Below are positions 29,114 through 56,680 of a stretch of DNA of 64,000 nucleotides, one piece after another. Numbering within the stretch: the first letter of the stretch is position 1; each line of letters opens with the position of its first letter. The notes under the pieces are model-generated. The model saw nothing but the letters and a program-made list of their open reading frames with translations, did not search any database and was not told where the DNA came from. A program made the position numbers and the translations under genes. Origin of the DNA: the human T2T-CHM13v2.0 reference genome, Homo sapiens; assembly GCF_009914755.1 (NCBI RefSeq), contig NC_060936.1; one strand, given 5' to 3'.

Positions 29114-29510
29114 TAAGTGTGTTGTTAGCTGTTGTTTTTTTGGTAGCTGTACTTTAATCAAAGTGAGGAAGTTACCTTCTATTCCTAGATTGTTGAGTGT
29201 TTTTATCATGAAGGAGTGTTTGATTTTATCAAATGTTTTGTCTATTTAGATGATCATGTGGTTTTTGTCTCCTGTTAATATGGTGTATAACATTGATTAA
29301 TTTTCATTTGTTAAACCAACCTTGCATTTCTGGGATAAATCTCAGTTGGTCATAGGGCATAATCTTTTTACATGTTGCTGGATTTAAGTTTTCTAGTACT
29401 TTGTTGAAGATTTTTGTGTCTATATTTATAAGAGATGTTAGTCTGTAATTTTCTTCTTGTGATGTCTTTATCTGGTTTGATTACCAATCAGGGTAATACC
29501 GATCTCATAG

Positions 29511-29777
<267 letters not shown>

Positions 29778-30164
29778 TGATCCCCACACCTCAGCCTCCC
29801 AAAGTGCTGGGATTACAAGCATGAGCCACTGCACCCAACCTCCTCTTCTATTTTTTTAGAAGAGTTTGTGAAGAATTGGTGGTATGGCCAGGTGCAGTGA
29901 CTCATGTCTGTAATCCCAGCACTTTGAGAGGCTGAGGTAGGAGAATTGCTTGAGGTTAGGAGTTCAACCTGGACAACATAGTGAGATCCTATCTCAACAG
30001 AAAATACTATGTGTGTAGTGCCAGGAATCATGGTGGCACATGCCTGTAGTCTTAGCTACCTCAGAAGGCTGAGGCAGGAGGATTGCTTGAGCCCAAGAGT
30101 TGGAAGTTGCAGTGAGCTATGATCTTGCTACTGCACTCCAGTCTGGGCAACAGAGCAAGACCGT

Positions 30165-30442
30165 GTAGAAAGAAAGAAAGAGAGAAAGAGAGAGAGAGGG
30201 AGAGAGGGAGGGAGAGAGGGAGAGAGGGAGGGAGGGAGGGAGGGAGAGAGGGAGGGAGGGAGGGAGGGAGGGAAGGAAGGAAGGAAGGAAGGAAGGAAGG
30301 AAGGAAGGAAGGAAGGAAGGGCAAGACCCTGTCTAAAGAAAGAAAGAAGGAAGGAAGGAAGAGAGAGAGAGGGAGGGAGGGAGGAAGGGAGGAAGGGAAG
30401 CGGGGAGGGAGGGAAAGGAAGAAAGGAAGGAAGGAAGGAAGG
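30165..30442 (+). repeat. Polypurine (GAAA/GA/GGGA/GGAA)n tract expanded from an AluJ tail; includes (GGAA)12 at 30271-30318
   Basis: Read directly from the sequence. Confidence 0.95.
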
Positions 30443-30771
30443 GTGTTAAGTGTTCTTTAAACATTTGACTGAATTCACCAGTGAAACAACATGGTCCTGG
30501 GATTTTCTTTGTGGAACTTTTTTATTTTTAATGAGTAATTCAGTCTCTTTTCTTGTTATGGGTTTATTTAATTTTTTAAAATTTCCTCTTGAGTCAGTTT
30601 CAGTAGCTTGTGTCGTTCTAGGAATTCTTATATTTCATCTAGATTATCTAATTATTGGCATGCAATTTTCATAATATTCCCTTATAATCATTTTTATTTC
30701 TGTGAGCCTGATGATAACATTCTTTGTTTTATTCCTGATTTTAGCAATTTAAGTCTTCTCTCTCTCTCTCA

Positions 30772-31226
30772 TTTTATTTTTATTTTTGAAAGCAATTTTA
30801 TAACTTTATTTGATGTATCTGACTATCAGCAGTTAGTTCTCATCCACATTGCCTGTAGATTTTTGAAAGCGGTAACGGGTACATTGGTAACCAAAGTATA
30901 GAGCTTATTTGGTGAATCTTCATCCTCATTATGTTTTCTGGACAACCGCATACGGATAAGGTCTTGGACATTCCTTATTCCTTTGGCCCAGACAGCTTTG
31001 TTGAGTCTAGTATCAATGCGCACATCTGGAGTTCCCATCTCCTTCATGGCAAATTTCCAGATCTCTTTGCATGCCCAAGGGGAACGCTTCTTGAAGCCCA
31101 CTCCGTGGATGCACCTGTGAAGGTTGACGGTGTATTCTCGGTCACCACCTTGTTGATGACAGAACAGCCCTTTTTCTTCTCGCCACCCTTCTTTGCGGGC
31201 CATTCTGCTGGGCCCAAGTTGGAAAG
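30772..31226 (-). pseudogene. RPL31 (ribosomal protein eL31) processed pseudogene
   Basis: Intronless; ORF 30826..31203 contains [18 protein letters not shown]...[30 protein letters not shown]...[14 protein letters not shown]; 5' CTTTCC leader, AATAAA at 30805-30810 (minus strand), decayed A tail 30772-30787; frameshifts near both ends. Confidence 0.95.
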
Positions 31227-31227
31227 C

Positions 31228-31850
31228 TTTATTTATTTATTTATTTGAGACAGGGTCTTGCTCTATTGCCCAGGCTGAAGTGAAGTATGTGCATAGCTCA
31301 CTGCAGCCTTGAGCTCCTGGGCTCAAGCGATCCTTCTGCCTCAGCCTACTGAGTAACTAGGACTACAGGTACATGCCACCATGCCAGCTCAGCTAATTTT
31401 TTGAATTTTGTTTTGTGTAGACACATCTCACTTTTGTTGCCCAGCCTGGTCTCAAACTTCTGGCTTTGACCAGGAATGGTAGCTCACACCTGTAATCCTA
31501 GCACTTTGGAAGGCTGAGGCAGGTGGATTGCTTGAGTCCAGGAGTCCAAGACCAGCCTGAGCAACAGGGCGAAATCCCTGTCTACAAAAAATACAAAAAT
31601 TAGCCAGGTGTGGTGGTTCACACCTATAGTCCCAGCTACTAGGGAGGCTGAGTTGGGAGGATCGCTTAAGCCCAGCAGTTCGAGGTTGCAGTGAATGGCA
31701 TGTCACTGCACTCCAGCCTGGGCAACAGAGTGAGACACTGTCTCAAAGAAAAGCCAAAAAATCCCCCCAAAAAGTCCTGGCTTCAAATGATCCTCCTGCC
31801 TCAGCCTCCCAAACTGTTGGGATTACAGGCATGAGCCAGCAGGCCCAGCT
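31228..31850 (-). mobile_element. AluJ with a nested opposite-strand Alu (+ ~31468-31770)
   Basis: Inner TSD aaacttctggctt / aaagtcctggctt; outer TSD agtcttctctct shared with the RPL31 retrocopy. Confidence 0.88.
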
Positions 31851-31989
31851 GAGTCTTCTCTCTTTTTATCTTGGTCCATCTAGCTAAAATTTTGTCAATT
31901 TTGTTCATCTTTTCAAAGAATCAACTTTTGGTTTCATTGATTTTATCTATTATTTTTTCATTCCTTATTTCATTTATTTCCAGTCTAGT

Positions 31990-38487
<6,498 letters not shown>

Positions 38488-38526
38488 ATAATTTCTGTCT
38501 CTTTATTGATATTCTCTATTTGGTGA

Positions 38527-39674
<1,148 letters not shown>

Positions 39675-39788
39675 TCATGCCTGTAATCCCAGCACTTTGG
39701 GAGACCGAGTGGGGAGGATCACTTCAGCTCAGGGGTTCGAGTCCAGCCTGGGCAACATAGGGAGATGCTGGCTCTACAAAAAAATTTA

Positions 39789-39998
<210 letters not shown>

Positions 39999-40057
39999 TC
40001 AGGGACAATTGCTATTGACTGCTTTTTTTCTGTGTCAGATTTTCTCTGCATGTGTCA

Positions 40058-40412
<355 letters not shown>

Positions 40413-40899
40413 CTAAAGGTGAGGTATAAAGTGTGACCCAGGAGGAGGTGGGCTACACTCCAAAAGACTACTTGAGTTTTCTAATTTATACAAATTGAAA
40501 TTTGGGGAACATGTATGGGAATAGATACTAAGGGTTGGGATAATAGTGTAAGCAACACAAAATTGGATCTGGCCCAGTTTATTGATATGGGCTCACTGCG
40601 TTGAATGTTGCAGCTTGAGGAGTTAGAAAGTGCTCTAACAGTTTGAGTGGTTGGCTAAAACATATTCCAAAGATGTCCCACACTAGCATGAATTGAAATT
40701 GCTGGACCTGTCTTGGTTTAACGCAGAGGAAGGGATTCAAAGCCTTAGGGAATTGGAATGTTAGAGTGCATTTGTCATTTAAGACTTACTTACCTACACA
40801 GGGAGGGTCCAGACGACTTACCGTTCTATGAGAAATAAATTTGTGAGAGGGCCCCAGCATCCTCAAAGAGCTCTGTGATCCCTCTCCTCTGTAGGTCAA

Positions 40900-41465
40900 G
40901 TTATAGCCCGACTGGTTCGTTTTGCCCACTGCCCTGAAAAAAACCAATGCACTAGGCTGGGTGTGGTGGCTGACACCTGTAATCCTAGCAGTTGAGAGGC
41001 CAAGGTGTGTAGATCGCTTGAGCCCAGGAGTTCGAGACCAGCCTGGGCGACATCGCAAAACCTCATGTCTACAAAAAATAGAAAAAATTGGCTGGGTATG
41101 GTGGCACTCACCTGTAGTCCCAGTTACCCAGGAGGCCGAGGTGGGAGGATCACCTGAGCCCAGGAGGTCTAGGCTGCAGTTTGCCATGATCGCACCACTG
41201 TACACCAGCCTGGGCAACAGAGTGAGACCCTGTCTAAAAAAAGAAAACAAAAACAAAAACAAGCAAAAAATACCAATGCACTGAGAACTGCAGCAAATAA
41301 AGAGTTTAATTATTGCAGGTCCAGCCAAGAGGATGGATGGAAGAAATTTCTCAAATTCACCTCTCCAAGAATTCAGAGGCTAGGGTTTTTAAGGGTACTT
41401 TGACAGTCAGAGGCCTGGGGAACTGAAACAATTGATTGGCTGGAGATGAAATCACAGGGGTATCT
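40900..41465 (-). mobile_element. Partial MER4-group (LTR8-like) LTR with an Alu insertion (40955-41270)
   Basis: gttatagcccgactggttcgttttgcccactgcc...aaagagtttaatt...ctcaaattcacctctcc...gtttttaagggta resembles the reverse-complement LTR8-type 3' end; Alu TSD accaatgcact. Confidence 0.55.
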
Positions 41466-43018
41466 AATAAAGACCACCAGAAGCAGTTTGCTTTTAGCTG
41501 GCAAGGCCAGCAATACACTTTGACTGTCCTATCTCAGAGCTATGTCAACTTTCCAGTCCACTGGAGAGTTCACAAGGATCTTGATTGCTTTTTTCTTCCA
41601 CGAGATATTATGCTGGTCCATTACATTGATATTATTTTCTTATTTTAGAGACAGGATCTCACTCTGTTATCCAGGCTGGAGTGCAGGGGTGTGATCATAG
41701 CTCACTGTAAACTCAAACTCCTAGGATCAATATATTCCCCATTTGGTTATGTTACTCCAGCCCATTTACCAAATGACTTGAAAAGTTTCCAGTTTTGAGT
41801 GGGGCCCAGAACAGAAGTCTCTGTAACAGGTCCAGGGTGCTGTGCAAGCAGCTGTGCTGCTTGAGCCATGTGATCCAGCAGATCCAGCGGTGCTTGAAGT
41901 GTCAGGGGCAGATATGGACACTCTCAAAGGTCTTCAATCCTCTGCAAAGAAGTACTTTTTTTTTTTTTTTTTTGAGACAGAGCCTTGCTCTTATCGCCCA
42001 GGTTGGAGTGCAATGGCACAATCTTGGCCCACTGCAACCTCCGCCTCCTGGGTTCAAGCGATTCTCCCTGCCTCAGCCTCCCAAGTAACTGGGATTACAG
42101 GCGCCTGCCACCATACCCGGCTAATTTTTGTATTTTTAGTAGAGACATGGTTTTGCCATGTTGGCCAGGGTGGTCTTGAACTCCTGACCTCAGGTGACCT
42201 GCCCGCCTCGGCCTCCCAAAGTGCTGGGATTATAGGCATGAGCCCCGGCACCTAGCCAGAAGTACTCTCCTTTTGAGAAGTAGCTCTTGGCCTGCTACTG
42301 GGCCTTAATAGAGACTCAGTACTTAACCTTGGGTCACCTAGTTACCATGGAACCTGAGCTGCTCATCATGAACTCGGTGTTATCTGCCCCACCAAGTCAC
42401 AACATTGGGCATGCAAAGCAGCATTGCATCATCAAATGGAAGTGGTGTGTACATGATTGGGCTTGAATAGTCCCTGAAGGCACAGGTAAGTTACATGAAG
42501 AAGTGATCCAAATACCTGTAGCCCCCATTCCTGTTACTCTGCCTTCACTCTCCCAGCCTGCACCTATGGCCTCATGGAATGTTGCCTATGATCAGTTGAC
42601 AGAGGAAAAGAAGACCCAGGCCAGATTTACAGATGGTTGTGTACATTACACAGGCACGACCCAAAAGTGGACAGCTGCACACAAAAGTCCCTTTCTGGGA
42701 CACCCCAAAGGACAGTGGTGAAGGGAAATCCTCCCAGTGGGGCAGAACTTCAAGCATTACACCAGGTCGTTCACTTTGCTTGGAAGGAGAAATGGTCAAA
42801 CATGCAATTATATATTGATTCATGGGCTGTAGCCAATAGTTTGGCTGGATAGTCATGGACTTGGAATGAACACTATTAGAAAATTGGTGACAAAGAAATC
42901 GAAAAAGAGGTATATGCATAGACTTCTTTGGGCAAAAAAATGAAAAGATATTTGTGTCCCATATGAATGGTCACCAAAGCATGACCTCAGAAGAGGAGGA
43001 TTTTAAGAGTTAAGTGGA

Positions 43019-43426
43019 ACAATCAACAGAGTAAACAGAGTCTATAGAATGGGAAAAATATTTGCAAACTATGCATTTGACAAAGGGCTAATATCCAGAA
43101 TCTACAAGGAACTCAAACAACTCTACAAGAAAAAAAAAACCCCATTAAAAAGTGACCAAAGGAATAAACATTTTCCAAAAGTCATACAAGCAGCCAACAA
43201 ACACAAAAAATGCTCAACATCACTAATCATCAGAGAAATGCAAATCAAACCCACAATGAGATACCATCTCACACCAGTCAGAATGGCTATTACAAAGTCT
43301 AAAAACACTGTAATCTCAGCTATTAGGTGGCTGAGGCACAAGAATTGCTTGAACCCGGGAGGTGGAGGTTGCAGGGAGCTGAGATCACTCCACTGCGCTC
43401 CAGCCTGAGAGAGACCTTGTCTCATT

Positions 43427-43457
<31 letters not shown>

Positions 43458-43586
43458 AAAAACAACAGATGTTGGCAAAGATGCAGCGGAAAAGGGAATG
43501 CTTACATACTATTGGTGGGAATTTCAGTACAACCTTTATGGAAAACAGTATGGAGATTACTCAAAGAACTAAAAATAGAACTACCA
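43019..43586 (+). mobile_element. Older L1 (L1PA13-16/L1PB-like) ORF2 3' fragment containing a 5'-truncated Alu (43308-43452)
   Basis: ORF 43049..43408 [23 protein letters not shown]...[12 protein letters not shown]; Alu TSD aaagtctaaaaaca. Confidence 0.85.
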
Positions 43587-44930
43587 GTGGAGCAGAACAG
43601 AGGCCTCAGAACACCACACATCTACAATCATCTGATCTTTGACAAACCTGACAAAAACAAGAAATGGGGAAAGGATTCCCTATTTAATGAATGGTGCTGG
43701 GAAGATTGGCTAGCCATATGTAGAAAGCTGAAACTGGATCGCTTCCTTACACCTTATACAAGGATTGATTCAAGATGGATTGAAGACTTGAATGTTGGAC
43801 CTGAGACCATAAAAACCCTAGAAGAAAACCTAGGCAATACCATTCAGTACATAGACATGGGCAAGGACTTCATGACTGAAACACCAAAAGCAATGGCAAC
43901 AAAAGCCAAAATAGACAAATGGGATCTAATTAAACTAAGGAGCTTCTGCACGGCGAAGGAAACTACCATCAGAGTGTACAGGCAACCTACAGAATGGGAG
44001 AAAATTTTTGCAATCTACCTATCTGACAAAGGGCTAATATCCAGAATCTACAAAGAACTCAAGCAAATTTACAAGAGAAAAACAAACAACCCCATCAAAA
44101 AGTGGGCAAAGGATATGAACAGACACTTCTCAAAAGAAGACATTTATGCAGCCAACAGACACATGAAAAAATGCTCATCATCACTGGCCATCAGAGAAAT
44201 GCAAATTGAAACCACAATGAGATACCATCTCACGCCAGTTAGAATGGAGATCATTAAAAAGTCAGGAAACAACAGATGCTGGAGAGGATGTGGAGAAACA
44301 GGAATGCTTTTACACTGTTGGTGGGAATGTAAACTAGTTCAACCATTGTGGAAGACAGCGTGGCAATTCCTCAAGGATCTAGAACTAGAAATACCATTTG
44401 ACCCAGCAGTCCCATTCCTGGGTATATACCCAGAGGATTATAAATCATGCTACTATAAAGACACATGCACATGTATGTTTGTTGCAGCACTATTCACAGT
44501 AGCAAGGACTTGGAACCAAATGTCCGGCAATGATAGACTGGATTAAGAAATGTGACACATATACACCATGGAATACTATGCAGCCATATAAAAGGATGAG
44601 TTCATGTCCTTTGCAGGGACGTGGATGAAGCTGGAAACCATCATTCTCAGCAAGCTATCACAAAGGCAGAGGACCAAACACTGCATGCTCTCACTCATAG
44701 GTGGGAATTGAACAATGAGAACACTTGGACACAGGGCGGGGAACATCACACACCGGGGCCTGTCAGGGGGTGGGGGGCTGGGGGAGGGATAGCATTAGGA
44801 GAAATACCTAATGTAAATGACGAGTTGATCGGTGCAGCAAACCAACATGGCACATGTATACCTATGTATCAAACATGCACATTGTGCACATGTACCCTAG
44901 AACTTAAAGTATAATAAAAAAAAAAGAAAA
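43583..44930 (+). mobile_element. 5'-truncated L1PA (approx. L1PA5-7), A>G hypermutated
   Basis: ORF 43512..44546 encodes the ORF2p C-terminal third; complete 3'UTR and A tail; right TSD ttaagtgga at 44936-44944. Confidence 0.93.
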
Positions 44931-46675
44931 ACAAATTAAGTGGATATGGTGACCCATTTTATGGATGCCAGTCAGCCCTCTTTCCCAGCCACCCCTGTCA
45001 TTGTCCAATGGGCTAATAAACAAAATGGCCATGGTGGCAGGAATGGAACTTATGCATGGGCTCTTTAACATAGACTTCCACTCACCAGGGACAACCAGGC
45101 TACCACTGCTGCTGAGTGCCCAATCTGCCAGCAGCAGAGACCAACACTAAGTCCCCACTATGGCCAATTTCCTAGGGTGATAAGCCAGCTCCCTGGAGGC
45201 AGATTGATTACATTGGACAGCTTCTATCATGGAAGGAGTAGCTTTTGTTTTTACTGGAACAGACACTATAGATACAGATTTGCCTTCCCTGAATGCAATG
45301 CTTCTGCCAAAACTACCATCAGTAGACTTATAGAATGGCTTATCCACCATCCTGGTATTTCACACAGCATTGCTTTTGATCAAGGAACTCACCTCACAGC
45401 AAAATAAGCACACCAATGAATCTGTGCTCATGGAATTCACTAGTTTTAACATATTCCCCACCATCCTGCAATAGCTGGTTTGATAGAATGGTGGAATGAC
45501 CTTTTGGAAACTCAGTTACAGCTCCAGCTAGGTGGTAATATATAAGTAAGAGCTGGGGCAAGTTTCTCCAGAAGGAGATATGAGTTGAATCAGTGTCCAA
45601 TATATGATGTTATTTTCTCCATAGACAAGATTCACAGGTCCAGGAGTCAAGGGGTAGAAATGGGAGTGACACCACTCACTGTTACCCCTAGTAACCCCCT
45701 AGTATCCCCCTGGCAAAAAAAAAAAAATTTTTTTTTTTTTTGACAGAGTCTTGCTCTGTCGCCCAGGCTGGAGTGCAGTGGCATGATCTCGGCTCACTGA
45801 AACCTCTGCCTCCTGGGTTCAAGTAATTCTCCCGTCTCAGTCTCCTGAGGAGCTGGGATTACAGGTGGACAACACCATGTCCGACTAATTTTTGTATTTT
45901 CAGTAGAGACGGGGTTTCACCATGTTGGCCAGGCTAATCTTGAACTCCTGACCTCAGGTGATCTACCCATCTCAGCCTCTCAAAGTGCTGGGATTATAGG
46001 CGTAAGCCACCAAACCCGGCCACCCTAGAAAATTTTGCTTCCAATTCCTGCAACCTTATGGTTTGCTGGCCTAGAGGTCTTACTTCCAAAGGAAAGAATG
46101 CTTTTGCTAGGAGACACAACAATGATTCTACTGAAATAGAAGTTAAGACTGCTAGCTGTTCACAGGACACCTGCCACATGGACTCCTCATGCCTCTGAAT
46201 CAACAGCCAAAGAAGGGAATCACTGTGCTAGTTGGGGTGATTGATCCCAACTACCAAGGCGAAATTGGACTGTTACTGAACATTGAAGTTAAGGAATAGT
46301 ATATCTAGAATACAGGAGATCTCTTAAAGTGTCTCTTAGTATTACCATGCCTTGTAATTAAGGTCAATGGCAAACTACAACAACCCAATCCAGGAAGGAT
46401 TACTAATGGTTCAGACCATTCAGGTATGAAGGTTTGGGTCACTCTACCAGGTAAAGAAACATGACCAGCTGAAGTGCTTTCTGAAGTCAAAAGGAATGGG
46501 TACTTGAAGAAGGTAGTTATCAATAACAGCTACAACCACGTAACCAGTTACAGAAATGAGGACTGTAATAATGTTATGTGTATTCCTCTTTATTTTGTTA
46601 TAAATATGCTTGTGTATGTATACACACACTCACACACACACACACACCTCTCTCTCTTTATATATGTATATGTAT

Positions 46676-47925
<1,250 letters not shown>

Positions 47926-48046
47926 TGTATCAGGCAAATATCTTTGTCTTCCTCTTATTCCCTTATGTAACATAAGACACGGTGGCTCACACCTGTAATC
48001 CCAGCACTCTGGAGGCCAAGGTGGGAGGATTGCTTGAGGTAAGAAG

Positions 48047-48369
48047 TATATATATATATAATATATATATTATAAATATATTATATTATATATAATATAT
48101 TATATAATATATATAATATATTATATTTATAATATATTATATAATATATATAATATATTATATTTATAATATATTATATAATATATATAATTATATATAT
48201 TATATAATATATAATATATATAATAATTATATAATTATAATATATATTATATAATATATTATATATAATTATAATATATATATTATATATATAATATAAT
48301 ATATATAATATAATATATAATATATATATATAGAGAGAGAGAGAGAGACAGAGAGAGAGAGAGACAGAG
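48047..48369. repeat. AT-only low-complexity (TA-rich) tract followed by (GA)n
   Basis: About 285 bp containing only A/T, then (GA)n to ~48369. Confidence 0.95.
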
Positions 48370-51250
<2,881 letters not shown>

Positions 51251-51387
51251 CTGTAGCATTTTATTTATTTGTTTATTTGAGACAGAGTCTTGCTCTATTG
51301 TCCAGGCTAGAGTACAGTGGCATTATCTTGACTCACTGCAACCTCTGCCTCCGAGGCTCAAGCCATCCTTCCACCTCAGCCTCCTGA

Positions 51388-51549
<162 letters not shown>

Positions 51550-51589
51550 TGAGCCTGGTCCGCATTTTATTTCTTGAAGCAAACAGAAA

Positions 51590-53950
<2,361 letters not shown>

Positions 53951-53969
53951 CTGGCAGACAGGCTCATAA

Positions 53970-54978
<1,009 letters not shown>

Positions 54979-55136
54979 TCAAAGTCTGTTTAGCCGCTGG
55001 AAGTCACTAAAAGATATTAAGGAGGGTGATTGATGAAACTCACATGTTAGATAACTCTAGCAGCAATATAGAGTTTGGATTGAAGAAGGAAGATATTGGA
55101 AACCAGAAGACATTTTGAATAACTTCCTGATTTTTA

Positions 55137-56680
<1,544 letters not shown>

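Noticed and set aside
30061-30460. EGRK/PSFL repeat ORFs (also 37453-37767)
   Set aside because: Translations of GGAA/GGGA microsatellites
43512-44546. Longest ORF (344 aa) as a protein-coding gene
   Set aside because: C-terminal fragment of L1 ORF2p in a 5'-truncated element with no promoter, EN or RT core; of interest only for its mutation pattern
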